Shown: piece by piece, positions 12,509 through 25,624 of the stretch | How the letters are laid out: each line of letters starts with the position of its first letter | Numbering within the stretch: the first letter of the stretch is position 1 | From: Scyliorhinus canicula | Lineage: Eukaryota | NCBI RefSeq assembly: GCF_902713615.1 | Contig: NC_052164.1 | Coordinates: 95,403,898-95,467,897, forward strand | Direction of reading: 5' to 3' | Length of the DNA: 64,000 bases | Made by a program: the position numbers and the translations under genes | The notes under the pieces: generated by a model | What the model saw: only the letters and a program-made list of their open reading frames with translations | The model's database searches: none | What the model was told of the DNA's origin: nothing

Positions 12509-14574
12509 AAGTCAACAAACCACAGAACAAACTATTGCGAATCTCGGCGAGATTTTCGCCAGATGTGGGAAACCAGAACAAATCGTGAGTGACAATGGTC
12601 CATAATTCGCGGCTTAGGAGTCCGAGGACAATTTAAAGATGAATGGGATCCAACACATAAAATCAGCACCTTACCACCCATTGATGAATGGTTTAGCTGA
12701 AGGGTTTGCCCGATCCTTGAAGCCTGCACTGAAAGCTTCCAAGAACCAAGGTTCATTACAAGGCCGCCTGAACGGTTTCTTGGTGACGTATCGCAACACC
12801 AGACATGCGATTACTCAGAATTCCCCAGCTTTACTGCCACTGAAGTGGAAACTGAGAAATACATTTGATTTACTCTTACCTCAGGGGACACCCCAGATAG
12901 TCGAACAGAATCAGCAGTCGTAAATCTTGAGAAGAGAAGGTAACTCTGAAAGACGCTTGTCTGAACAAGAAGAGCAAGTGTTGGCGCGCAGCAATACCAC
13001 TGGCGGGAAGTGGTTTCCTCAAACTGGCCCGATCTTCTGTGCAGTACACACTGAAGATGAGTTAGTGTGGAGAAGACATGGAGATCAGTTGTTATCTATA
13101 TGCATCGATGTGCCGGTACCGTGTATTCTAGAACTACCTCAAGACGAAACGCCATCCATGAAACCAGATCGCGTGACTGTGACTTCTGGTCAATGCACAG
13201 AAGCAGAGATTGCCAAAGAATCCCCTGTTGCTACTTGTCCTCCTTCTGCAAAAGAGACTGTAACGCCTTCCAGGGTACAGGCATCCTCTGAAGAACCTGA
13301 GAGTACCTCCATGGTTACGAAAACCCAAATCCCTGAAGCGCACAGGCAACCAGTGCAGAATAGATGCCCATCAGATTGACTTTCCTATTAACTGTATTAT
13401 TATGTGCAATGATTTAACGTCTTTCCCTTGAATATACGTTTCAATTACTTTGTAACAATACTATAGTTATTTGTTTGTGTTGGTCCTTAGAAGTAAAGAA
13501 GGAGGGATGTAATTATATATAGATTGTTGCTGTGTTACTGCATGGTGACATTAAGAATCTAGTCACTTGACGTTATCGGCTGCTCAGCAGGCTTTGTCCC
13601 AGTCTAGATTAGGCCTTTGTACCATTCACACCGGTCTGATAAACCTCTGTTGATTATTGCGTTCTTTTATCCTGCACGTGATATCCATAACAAAACAAGA
13701 CACACTTCAACAACATTTTAAAAAATGTTTGCAATTGAATGATAACGTTCTTACAGGTACAATATTAACAAAAGCTTAAGAACGAGAAAGAAGCCATTTA
13801 AATGCCGTCAAAATGAGTTTGATTGATTATGGGCAGGAGCTGCACTAGTCCTTAATAAATCACATGCGGCTCAGGGGTGGCAGGATGCCAATCTCTATAC
13901 CAACTGAATGATACACCAGGTTAATTTAAACATTTAAATCATGGCCCAACGTCATCAATGAGCAGTCATTTAAGAACTGAACAGGGCAGAGCTAAAGGCT
14001 ACCAAAGACAAACAGCTGATAAAAAAGATAACCTCATTAAACAATTCTGCAGATAGTGCATTCTGTTGCCTTACTAGGCTCTGGGGTAACAGTTCCACAA
14101 TAAATGGTTCTGATCTGCGAGAAGTTCTATGGTTGAATTTATTAAATAAAAACATGCTCAACTTTCACAAACAATTTCCAACCTCAAATTTGTTAGTGAT
14201 CCATGGTACAGCGTTTCAGTCATGTTTCACGAAGCACACGATGGTGTCTGCGAAGGTACCTGAAACACCAGTTTGTGGGGGTGTGCAGTTATTTTTGGAG
14301 TGAGGCAAATGAAACCACAATGAAAATAAATTGCATAGTTGGCACGTGCCAATTATTAATGACTATTTATCAAAGTAAAGAAAAAAACAAATGCACACAA
14401 ACAGGACTGCTGTACTCTCACATAATTAGGATGTATGAATTACTAAACACACACAGTTTATATAGAACGTAGCCCCTTGTTACAAAATATATACCTTCAC
14501 TCCCTGAACTCTGTAAGACTTCCCTGTTCCCCAAAACCACCCAAATTGAATAACCAGTTATAGTTTTTTGACTT

Positions 14575-15180
14575 AATTTATTATTGTCACATGTATTAAT
14601 ATACAGTGAAAAGTATTGTTTCTTGCATGCTGCACAAACAATGCATACTGTACATACGGAAGGAAGGAGAGATTGCAGAATATAATGTTACAGTTATAGC
14701 AAGGTGTAGAGAAAAGATCAACTTAATACGAGGTAGGTCCATTCAAAAGTCTGATGGCAATAGGGAAGAAGCTGTTCTTGAGTCGGTTGGTACGTGAACT
14801 CAAACTTTGGTATCTTTTTCCTGACGGAAGAAGGTGGAAGACAGTATGTCCGGGGTGTGTGGAGTCCTTAATTATGCTGACTGCCTTTCTGAGGCAGCGG
14901 GAATTATAGACAGAGTCAATGGATGGGAGGTTGGTTTGCGTGATTGACTGGGCTACATTCACGACCTTTTGTAGTCTCCTGCGGTGAATACAACCAGAAA
15001 GAATGCTTTCTATGGTGCATCTGTAGACGTTGGTGAAGGTCGTATCTGACATGCCAAATTTCCTTAGTCTTCCGAGAAAGTAGAGTCGTTGGTGGGCTTT
15101 CTTAACTATAGTGTCGGCATGGGGGGGACCAAGACAGATTGTTGGTAATCTGGACACCTAAAAACCTGAAGCTTTCGACC
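14575..15180 (-). mobile_element. Rex1/Babar LINE 3' fragment
   Basis: KKAHQRLYFLGRLRKFGMS...YRCTIESILSGCI...LLPSGKRY...RLKNSFFP. Confidence 0.88.
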
Positions 15181-15739
15181 CTTTCTACTTTGTTCGCATT
15201 GATCCCAATTCCCAGTTATCACACAATACTGGGATGATACTCAAATCTGGGAACCTTCTTTTTCCTGGTCCAGCAAAGATATTTTAAAACTGCTGTTACA
15301 AAGGTTTTCTGCATTGCCTTGGCTCCAAGACTTGGAAGCTTGTTTGCTGTAAACTTGGCCTTCAGACTTGATGGCTGGAAACTGTCCTCTTTCTGAGACT
15401 GCTGGATGGTAACTGCCTCTCTTGCTTCTCAGGGTCTGGACAATTATACCTTTGTTGTTCTTTGATTATTGTGTATTCTGTGTACTCGGCTGTCTGCCCC
15501 TATCAACTCCCTTGACTATACATCAGCATAAGTGCATCTCAGGGACCTTCCCAATCATCTATAATCTGTTTCTCCTCCATAAGTTATTCGCATTCTATTA
15601 TTATCTAAGCTGCCATTCTAAACTTGTTACCAAGAGAGACACATACCAATCGAGGGCCTTTTGACTACTGCTTACTGCTGACAGATGAAAGGAAAATATT
15701 TCATTATATAAAGCATTTGATGACCGCGGAACACCACAA

Positions 15740-16895
15740 AGGGGCGTGTCCTAGGCCTAACCATCTTTAGGTGCTTCATCAATGACCAACACTCGATCAT
15801 ACAATGTCAGAACTCAGGATGGTCACTGATAATTATACAGTGTTCAGTTACACTCTCGATTTCTCAGACACTGAAGCAGACTATGCCTGAATGCGGCAGG
15901 ATTTGTGCAATGTTCAGGCTTGGGCTGATACACGGTGATGTACCATCGATTGTACGCGAGGCGAGTGATTTACCAAAGTCTGGCTTTAATTGACTAGAAC
16001 ACAGCTCTGCGATCGTCTACAGTGGAAAGGGACGATCGTCAGGCGTCTGAGCACTTATACCTCGTTAATAGAGGTGTGGTTAACTCAGCCTCTCGGCCAA
16101 TCGGTCGAGAGGCACATGACCGACCAGGGCCAATGGTAAGCCGACGTTCTGGCCCAATGGCAGACGAGTATGCAGATCATATCACCACACACGGCAAGTA
16201 ACATTCACCCCACACAACTGCCAGAAAGGGACCATGTCTAACGAGAGGGGGTGGAACTGCTTCCTATTGACATTTAATGCCATTACCATCACTGAAACCC
16301 CACCATCAACATCCTGTCCCAATGACCAGAAATTTAAATAGGCCAACCATACTGTAGCTACAAGAGCAGGTCAGGGGTGGGTTATTCTGTGATGTGTAAC
16401 ACTCCTCCTGGATCCCTAAAACGTTTCTACAATCTACAATGCACAAGATTAGAATTGAATACTTCCCATTTTAACTGGATTAGTGCAGCTCCAACATCTC
16501 TCAAGAAACTTGACACTATCCAGGACAAAGCAGCCCACTTCATTCCCTCCGCTGCAACATACTGTTGCTGCAGTGTGTGCTATCTACAAGGTGCATTGCA
16601 GAAACTAGCCAAGGCTTTCTCAACTGCATCTTCCAAAACTGCAACCTCTATCCAAGGAAAGGGCATGGACAGGAGGGGCATGGGAACAGCATCACCATCC
16701 CACTTATAAACATCGCTGATCCTTCACGTGTTGAAATCCTGGAACACCCTCCCTAACAGCACTATGGGTGTGCTTACACCATACGATTTTCAGGGATTCA
16801 AGAAGGCAGCTCACCACCAACTTCTCAAATGGAATTAGGGATGGGCAATAAATGTTGGCCTAGCCAGTAACGCCCATATTCTAGGAATAAATAAA
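15740..16895 (+). mobile_element. Old CR1-like LINE 3' fragment
   Basis: Degenerate GxVLGxTIF..FIND RT motif; KKLDTIQDKAA; conserved 3' end AGGGATGGGCAATAAATG. Confidence 0.7.
15936..16189 (-). mobile_element. Solo LTR (254 bp)
   Basis: TG...CA ends and a perfect 5-bp TSD CACGG at 15931-15935 and 16190-16194. Confidence 0.88.
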
Positions 16896-17069
16896 TAAAT
16901 ACTTTTGAAGTCTCGGCACAGTTGAAATTTAAGAAACGTGGCTACCAATTTACATTCAGCAATGTCCCACAAACGACAATGAAATAATTGGCCTGATGAT
17001 GTTTTACGTGTTGTTTGAGGGATATATGTCAGCCAGGAAACTTTCAGGCACTCAATCCTAGTCACAGAG

Positions 17070-17980
17070 AACATTGGCTATGCCCCTGACTGTACTATCT
17101 GTGATTATGACTATATTTCTCTTCTCTCCCCATGACACTGTGGTCAGTTTGTTCATCCTCCCGACAGTCTCCCCTCTTTCCCACACAGGGAGCAAGAATC
17201 TTTAAACTGTTGGACAAGGACAATAGCTGAGGCTCCTACAATCCTACCTCTTGGATACCTCTATCTAACTCACTCATAGTCACACCACCACTGGCAAAAT
17301 TCAAGGTCGTTAATCTAAGGGGTGTGACTGTCTCTTGAAACACAGCGTCCAGGTAACTTTCCCACTCCCTGACGTGTTGCAGTGTCCAAAGTTCAGACTC
17401 CAGCTCATCAACTCTGAGCCAAAGTTCCTCGAGCAACCAACACTTGCTACAGGTGCAGGGGCTGGTTTAGCACACTGGGCTAAATCGCTGGCTTTTAAAG
17501 CAGACCAAGGCAGGCCAGCAGCAACGTTCAATTCCCGTACCAGCCTCCCCAAACAGGCGCTGGAATGTGGCGACTAGGGGCTTTTCACAGTAACTTCATT
17601 GAAGCCTACTCATGACAATAAGTGGTTTTCATTTCATTTCACTAGGAACCACAATGGGGTCTATCAGCTCCCACATCATGCAGGTGCAACACATCGCTTG
17701 GCACTGGATCTCTATTTTATTTAGGAAATTTAAAAAAAATTTCCATCTGGTTTTTAGTTTTGTAATCTGTAAAATATTTCTTCTTTTTACCTTTAATCTG
17801 AAAGCAATTTAGAATAAGTAGTGCAAATTAACAATTAATTACCAACCAATTAACTTACCGTTTTCCTGTGACATCAAACTCAGCCCACAGCCTGAGTAGA
17901 GGTGTCCCTCGCACGTCCGGCTGTCTCCACTCCCGGCCCAAGTAGAGGTGTCCCTCACACATTCGGCTGTCTCCGCTCCT
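17070..17980 (-). mobile_element. CR1 ORF1/5' region fragment
   Basis: LEELWLRVDELESELWTLQHVRE..SYLDAVFQETVTP, recalled as typical of the shark CR1 ORF1 coiled-coil region. Confidence 0.7.
17457..17640 (+). mobile_element. tRNA-derived SINE (second family), full length
   Basis: A-box TTTAGCACACTGG, B-box GTTCAATTCC, (TTTCA)n tail. Confidence 0.85.
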
Positions 17981-18734
17981 TCTTCTTTCGCCTAACTCCC
18001 TTTGTCACCAAACTCCAGCGACACTCTGATTCAACAAGTCAGCACTCGGTGCAGACAAGGCAGCAGTGAAGAAGCTCTCCTTTTATGGCCCCTAATTCAA
18101 GGCTTCGGAAAATGGATTCAACCAGCTGTCTCATTAACTAGCTTTAGATGAGAGCCTGTAAACTCCTGTCTTAAAGCCACAAATAAGCTTCACCCAGTCA
18201 ACAGAGCAACTTTTAGTTAATTGATGAATTACAGAACAAACTAGACTTTGGAATGAAATTAGTCCTTAAAGTAAATTATTCCTTAAACCTTACACATTGA
18301 GATGCCCTTTTTCACCAAACTCTGGGTACACTCTGATGCACAAGACAGCACTCTGATCTTTGCTTGCCAAGTGGTGTAAGCATTGAAATCCCATTCTGCT
18401 GCATCATCATTCGCTTCAAGGATTTTCCCAATCTGGGATTCATTTGAATGAAAATGCGGCACAAAGGAAATCTGACTTTTGGACAATTGAAATGACCTCA
18501 ACTCATATTCATTTCTGTTTCTCTTTCATTGTTGCTATCTGTAATTGTGAAACTCTCTCTTTTCTATCCCTGCGTATGTGTGAGTAAGGTTGCAAATACA
18601 CTCACCCCCCCCCACCCCCCCCCACCCCCCACCCCCAAGCCCCGCTGGGTTTCAGTGTGTAGTAAACTAGCCTTCCGAGTTCATCATAGAGAGCGTTTGC
18701 TGCACGTTACCTCTCAAATCGGGCCACACAAACT

Positions 18735-19432
18735 TGGATTGGATTTGTTTATTGTCACGTGTACCGAGGTACAGTGGAAAGTATTTTTCTGCCAGCAGCC
18801 CAACAGATCATTAAGTACATGGGAAGAAAGGGGAATTAAACAAAATTCAAGAAAATACAAGAAAATACATAATAGGGCAACACAAGATCTACAATGTAAC
18901 TACATAAGCATTGGCATCGGATGAAGCATACAGGGTGTAGTGTTAATCAGGTCAGTCAATAAGAGGGTCATTTAGGAGTCTGGTGACAGTGGGGAAGTAG
19001 CTGTTTTTGAGTCTGTTTGTGCATGTTCTCAGACTTCTGTATCTGCTGCCCGATGGAAGAAGTTGGAAAAGTGAGTAAGCCGGGTGGGAGGGATCCTTGA
19101 TTATGCTGCCCGCTTTCCCCCTGCAGCGGGAGGTGTAGATGGAGTCCATGGGGGGGAGGCAGGTTCATGTGATGGACTGGGCGGTATTCACGACTCTCTG
19201 AAGTTTCTTGCGGTCCTGGGCCGAGCAGTTGCCATACCAGGCTGTGATGCAGCCAGATTGGATGCTTTCTATGGTGCATCTGTAAAAGTTGGTAAGGGTT
19301 AATGTGGACATGCCGAATTTCCTTAGTTTCCTGAAGAAGTATAGGCGTTGTTGTGCTTTCATGGTGATAGCGTCGACGTGAGCGGACCAGGTCAGATTTT
19401 TGGTGATGTGCACCCCGAGGAATTTGAAACTG
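18735..19432 (-). mobile_element. Rex1/Babar LINE 3' fragment
   Basis: KAQQRLYFFRKLRKFGMS..YRCTIESI..CITAWYGNCS. Confidence 0.9.
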
Positions 19433-20217
19433 AGGGTGTGGGGGAAGATACCATAACCTACTTTTGAAATAATTCAAAAATACCTCTGCTTACTGAAAGG
19501 TACATAAAGAATCTCAGTTTGCCTCTCTCCTGTCCGGAACAAAAACTGGGTGCTCATGTCTGGAATGGACACACTACAAGAGAGACAATAGTTGACCAAA
19601 CAAGCAGAATATGAGCAAATGTTCAACCAGAGCCCAAATTGAAGAAACGAGCTGAATCTGATATCAAATGAACCAATGGAAGCCAAGAAGGAAGATTTAG
19701 TGAATCAAATGATCTGTGAGCTACAATTAATGACTGCAGAAAACTCCCTTCGCCATCATAAAAATTTGCCAAATTTTGATGGGCGAATGTGTGTGAAACA
19801 AGGAGATCGAAATAATGAAATGTTAGCCTTCCCTGTCACAGAACAACTGAAAGCTGAAGTTAGGGAGGTAGAAGTTTAATATTCAGTAAGGTCAAAGGCA
19901 GTGCGATAGTCCAGTTGCTGGTTGAGCTCTTGGAGACCACTCATCAACCAGAAGGGGCAGCTGAGGGGATAAATCCTGACACTGAACCCATTTCCTGAGC
20001 CAAATTCAAGCTGGAAAAAGAAGCCGCTGCTGGAGATTCAGGAGAGGGAAAGGGAGAGAGAGAGAGAGAAGCTCGGGAGCCTGAAAAGGAAGGAAAGAGA
20101 GAGAGAGAAAGGGAGAGAGGAGAATTCCAGCTCTGAAAATTGGAGATGAAGTCAGTAGCTCAAAGGGAGAGAGAGGTTAGACAGAAGAAAGCTGCTAGGG
20201 AAAGGCTCTCTCTACCT

Positions 20218-20582
20218 AGTTAGATTTAGATTTATTGTCACGTGTACCGGGGTATAGTGAAAAGTATTGGTCTGTGTACAGTCCAGGCAGATCGTTTCAT
20301 ACATGGAAAAAACATAGGACATATGATAAATACACAATGCAAATACACAGACATCGGGTGAAGCATACAGAGTGTAGTACTGCCCAGTAGAGGAGATGCG
20401 GAGAGAGATCAGTTCAGTCCATAAGAGGGTCAATTCAGGAGTCTGGTAACAGTGGGGAAGAAGCTGTATTTGAATCTGTTCATGCGTGTTCTCGGACCTG
20501 TTGGGAAGGGAGAATACACCGGGTGGGCGGAGTCTTTGATTATGCTGCCCGCTTTCCCGAGGGCAGCGGCAGTATAGACAGA
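20218..20582 (-). mobile_element. Rex1/Babar LINE 3' end
   Basis: Same 3' UTR as the 18735 copy. Confidence 0.8.
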
Positions 20583-20649
20583 GGTACCTGATACTGTCCA
20601 AACCTCCCTACCCTGGAATCAATCTCTGGAGCCCTTAACACACAAGAAC

Positions 20650-21220
20650 ACATTCCCAAATTTGAAGAGAGTCATTTGGAATCCTTTTATTCCACTTATG
20701 AGAAGTAGCAGGACAGCTAAAATGACCATCAAATACTGGTACCTTATTCATTCAAGGGCAGCCTGCTGGGGAGGGCCAAGAGGTTATTCAATTTTGACTC
20801 ATGTTGTGTCCACTAATCTTGAATAGAGTTGCCACCCCTTAGTGCCTACAAGTTCGTTATAGAGGCAGATTACCAGAAATTCCAGAATTCTGGTTTAAAA
20901 AAACACCCAGGTCTACCTAGAGTTTGAACGGCTAAAACAAATCAAAATCGATCAGTGGGCCCACTCTTTAAAAACACAGTGCACTTACAAGGGATTGGGC
21001 GACTTGATATTTCTGCAGGTTTTAGAAGCTGCTTAACCTCCAACATAAGAACCACTTGGAGGAGCAGAAAATCCTCACAGTCAGGGGTGGGGCCGTCACG
21101 GCACATAACGTCCAGCTACCCATCCTCAACCTTTGAGTTAACCAGGAAGAGAGATTACTGAGGGTGGCTTCGAAAATTGTACCACACAAACTGAAGGTTT
21201 GGATAAACACACCATCGTCT
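20650..21220 (+). mobile_element. Degenerate Gmr1-like Gypsy gag remnant
   Basis: PKFEESHLESF..EK and LSAYKFVIEADYQKFQN resemble the Gmr1/SCAN-type gag motif LxAYELVPEAYRQKFRN. Confidence 0.55.
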
Positions 21221-21228
21221 ATTTAGAA

Positions 21229-22162
21229 CAGTGTTCTTCAAAACTTTTTTTCCAAACATTTTTACCAACCGGCCAACCTTCAGGACCCAACCCGGCCGAC
21301 CTTCGCGACCCCACGCCGGCTGATCTTCGCGACCTACGCCGGCCAACCTTCACGACCCAACCCGGGCTGACCTTCGCGACACACGCCAGCCGATCTTCAC
21401 GACCCACGCCGGCCGACCTTCACGGACCCCACGCCGGCCAACCTTCGCGACCCACGCTGGCCGACCTTCGCAAACCCACGCCGGCCGACCTTCGCGACCC
21501 ACGCCAGCCAAACTGCGTGACCCACCATTTTCTCTTACCTTGTTTGCTGCTGACAAAAATGGAGGAAATGGTTTTGGTTCCCTTTGGCCCTCGTACACTC
21601 TCCTCCAATGGAACCTGTTGGATGAAGGTGAAGCCTTCTGGTGTCGGAAAGTATGGAGTCTCTATCTGTCCAAAGTTCTGCATTTTTTCCTGTAAATTTT
21701 ATCAAATAAACCCCCCCCACAAACTTGTAAAAAAAATAAAATGAATAAAATAAATGAATAAAACCCCCTGAACTTGTGTAAAAAAATAATTGAATAAAAT
21801 AAATGAGCAAAATAAAATTAAATGAATAAAATAAATGAATAAAAACCTCCAGAACTTGTGAAACAAAAATCTGCGACCATTTAAAAAAATAGCAGCCGCA
21901 CTGTGCATGTGTGCCCGATCATCGGCCACGCATGCGCATTGTTTTGCGCATGCGCGCCGATGATCGTGTGTGCAGTGCGGCCGAATTTTGTTTACATGTT
22001 TTGCGGCCATTTGAAGGCCGCTTTCAGCCGGTGTTATTGAAAACCGACTGCTGCGCGGGGATTTGCGCGGTCAGGAGTCCGCGAAGGACGGCTCTGCGAC
22101 CCTCCCGACACCCGCCCGTGACCCACCTGCGGGTCGCGCCCCCCGAGTTGTGAAGAACACTG
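21229..22162. mobile_element. Non-autonomous hAT DNA transposon with an internal 23-bp tandem array
   Basis: TIRs CAGTGTTCTTCA...TGAAGAACACTG; 8-bp TSD ATTTAGAA/ACTTAAAA (6/8); (CCGACCTTCGCGACCCACGCCGG)n at about 21280-21525. Confidence 0.85.
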
Positions 22163-22480
22163 ACTTAAAACATTATTCAAAAGCACCTCTGCCACACAGA
22201 CAGGACAGTAAGAGGATAAAGAAATTCAGTTTTGTTTCTCTCTCCTGTCCGTAACAACAGTCAGAACCTCAGTGTAATATTCTCTCCCAGAAATGACACC
22301 ATCCGACGGGGCAGCAACCCCTCAGTTCTGCTCCAAGGTGTCATTTTAGATTAGAATCTCAGGGCTCGAATTCTAAGGAACCAGAGCGGGCACACGCCTG
22401 ACCCAAACACCGCGTGAAGTTGCACGAGAAGACGTGGGACATGCATCACGATGTCATGATTAAATATTTCAGTCCTCGGG

Positions 22481-23180
22481 CATAGAACATAGAACAGTAA
22501 GGGGGGCCTCACGGTAGCATGGTGGTTAGCATCAATGCTTCACAGCTCCAGGGTCCCAAGTCGATTCCCGGCTGGGTCACTGTCTGTGTGGAGTCTGCAC
22601 GTCCTTCCCCGTGTGTGCGTGGGTTTCCTCCGGGTGCTCGGTTTCCTCCCCACAGTCCAAAGATGTGTGGGTTAGGTGGATTGGCCATGCTAAATTGCCC
22701 GTAGTGTAAGGTTAATGGGGGGATTGTTGGGTTACGGGTATACGGGTTACGTGGGTTGAGTAGGGGTGATCATTGCTCGGCACAACATCGAGGGCCGAAG
22801 GGCCTGTTCTGTGCTGCACTGTTCTATGTTCTATGTTCTAGTACAGCACAGAACAGGGCCTTCGGCCCTCGATGTTGTGACAGAGCAATGATCACCCTAC
22901 TCTACTCAAACCCACGTATCCACCATATATCCCGTAACCTAACAACCCCCCCCATTAACCTTATTTTTTTTAGGACACTAAGGGCAATTTTTCATGGCCA
23001 ATCCACCCAACCTGCACATCTTTGGGACTGTGGGAGGAAACCAGAGCACCCGGAGGAACCCACGCACCCACGGGGAGGCCGTGCAGACCTCCACACAGAC
23101 AGTGACCCAGCCGGGAATCGAACCTGGGACCCTGGCGCTGTGAAGCATTTATGCTAACCCCATGCTACACCTGCTGCCCA
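22481..23180. mobile_element. Nested inverted pair of HE1-type SINEs: a + copy at 22501-22840 inside the tail of a - copy
   Basis: The minus-copy tail (CATAGAA)n is split by a full plus copy. Confidence 0.85.
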
Positions 23181-23599
23181 CTCTCGCCAACAACCTGAAA
23201 CGGTAATCAATCTCAGTAAGCATGCAACAGGCCCTAATTTTAAATGGCCCATGCGCTTTACACTTGCCGGGCTCAGGCCAATCAGCATTCACGTTTTTTC
23301 ACCAATTTCCTGACCCGGGTTGGGATAAATGGTCCGGGATGAAATAAAATAAAGAAACTGTTTTGAGGACTGAGGTGTTATCTGTTCACTCTGTCAGTTG
23401 CTGACTCTGTGTGATGGAGAGAGGTTGAGCATTCTTTTGGTGCGATGCCATTGGAATAACACTGCAGATCCCAGAGAACGGCTAACAGCCTTCAGGATGT
23501 TGTTGGAATCGCCCGCCTGCACCGTCACCTTGTCAGCGGCCCACTTTTCTCCTCGCCCTCCCCGGCAGCACTCAGTCTTTCACAGTGCACCTTTCAAGC

Positions 23600-23760
23600 T
23601 GTCCCGCCGTTAATTGGTCAACCAACGTGTAATCGCGCTCCAGGGCCAATCGCGCTACGGGAAGCGCCGTTTCGTACCCCGCCTTCTCGTCCCGCCGAGT
23701 GTGCGTTGGCCCAAACAAACTCAGCCTCAAATCTCTATAAATGGGACTTAACGCCTTATG
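23600..23760 (+). promoter_or_regulatory. Candidate Pol II promoter of the IkappaB-zeta-like gene
   Basis: Non-repetitive CpG-rich patch with ATTGG 23613, CCAAT 23646 and TATAAAT 23736; possible weak donor GTAAAT at 23808. Confidence 0.5.
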
Positions 23761-24021
23761 AGGAAGCAGAGGAAGGCTGATACGGAGTCAAAGACTGACA
23801 ACTTCCAGTAAATTATTGGATTGGATTGGATTGGTTATCACCACGTGTACCGAGGCCCAGTGAAACGTATCGTCCTGCGATGCAGCTCAGACAGATCATT
23901 CCGTACATGAAAGAAAATCATAATAGGGCAAACATAAAATACACAATGTAAATACTGTTGCACAAATTCATCCACCACCCAACCACGTTTTGCAACAGCT
24001 TATATTTATATAGTGTCTTAT

Positions 24022-24356
24022 CATAGATTATCATAGACTTACAGTGCAGAAGGAGGCCATTTGGCCCATCGAGTCTGCACCGGCTCTTCGAAAGAGCACC
24101 CTACCCAAGGTCCACACCTCCACCCTACCCCATAACCCAGTAACCCCACCCAACACTAAGGGCAAATTTTCTCATGGCAATCCACCTAACCTGCACGTCT
24201 TTGGACTGTAGGAGGAAACCGGAGCACCCGGAGGAAACCACGCACACACGGGGAGGATGTGCAGACTCCGCACAGACAGTGACCCAAGCCGGAATCGAAC
24301 CTGGGACCCTGGAGCTGTGAAGCAAGTGTTGCTAACCACTATGCTACCGTGCTGCC
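24022..24356 (-). mobile_element. HE1-type SINE
   Basis: Full-length match to the other copies. Confidence 0.9.
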
Positions 24357-25159
24357 GTTATTATTTAATACCGTTATTATTTAAAATAATAAATTATAGA
24401 ATGCAACAGCTTATATTTATGTAGTGTCTTTAAAATAATAAATTATAGAATGCAACAGCTTATATTTATATAGTATTTTTAAATAATAAATTATAGAATG
24501 TAAAGTACCAGGCCATTCAGCCCAACTGGTCCAAGCCAATTTATGCTGTTCATAAGGCAGTACCGCTGTATAGTATCGCAGTGAGGACCCCTTTCCCTGA
24601 ATGAAGGGGTATAATCAGAAAAAAAGCAATATGAGGCTTTAATATAAAGACTGAGGTAGCTCCTTATTATGTCATCAAAAAGTTATCAAGTATTTCACAT
24701 AGTGTGTTAGTCTTTATTTGTTTTCGGGATGTGAGTGTCCTTATGAAGGTGGTGGTGAGCTGGGGGCTAAAACTGCTGCAATCTGTTGACTGTTTTGTAG
24801 TAGTTTAATACAACTGGATGATTTGCTCGACCATTGCAGAAGGCAGTTAAGAGTCAACCACATCGTTTTGAGTCTGAGGTGACATATAGGCCAGACCAGA
24901 TCAGGGTGGCAGATTTCATCAGCCTAAGGCCACTGTTGAATCAGGTGGGGTTTCTTTTTGTGACCTATCTGGTATTTTAATGATCATATTAATGAGAACT
25001 AGCACTCCATTCCAGATCTACTAATTCAATTTAAATTTTTTCAACTTGTATCTGGAGCACTAGTCCGTGCCACTGGACTACTGTTTCAGGAACGGTCCCA
25101 CGCGGCTGACAGTCGCTAATTTGAAGCACAAGTGAATCTTACAACGCAGGGCTTATGTA

Positions 25160-25400
25160 GTTTACTTCATGTATAAAGTCGCCACATAGCCCCAGTGATC
25201 AAGAGGCTGCTTCCCCCTTGGAGGGGTGAGGGGGGAGAGCGGAACTGGTGGTGATTTAACAGGAGGGTCACCCCACCTCAGGCGGAGAGGCAAGGTTGAG
25301 AAGGCGGGGCACTTCATCAATAACCTCAGCCAGAACGGGAATCGAACCTGCGCTGCTGGCCTCGCTCTGCGTCACCAACCAGACCGTCCAGCAAATGAAC
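25160..25400 (-). mobile_element. tRNA-derived SINE (third family)
   Basis: B-box GGTTCGATTCC on the minus strand near 25340; body unlike HE1. Confidence 0.6.
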
Positions 25401-25624
25401 ACATGTTCAGAATGTAATTCATTTCCACTGCTGCGCAAGGGAAGTTGTATGTAAATACTGAATATTCTTCTAAATGCTAAGTGTAGTACAACAAAAGCTC
25501 AGACTCTGTAAATGGATTTGTGATTCTCTAACAGTGAAAGACACAAAGGTAATAAGCCACAATCATTGTTCAGCCTAAATTTAACTTTGTTGCGTGAAAA
25601 TATTGAATGAGCCAGCAAGCTCTG

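Larger units (their letters stand above)
8400..13692 (+). mobile_element. Degenerate Gypsy LTR retrotransposon (gag-pol-3' LTR) interrupted by Penelope, L1 and CR1 insertions
   Basis: gag-like LRSLVQAEKPSDKTYQELVKML at about 8.43 kb; RNase H QLEKEALSIISGVRKFHQYIYG; HEGHP zinc-finger start; WQRLHIDFAGP; SAPYHP..NGLAE; PPT AAGAAGGAGGGA followed by an LTR starting TGT at 13508. Confidence 0.85.
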
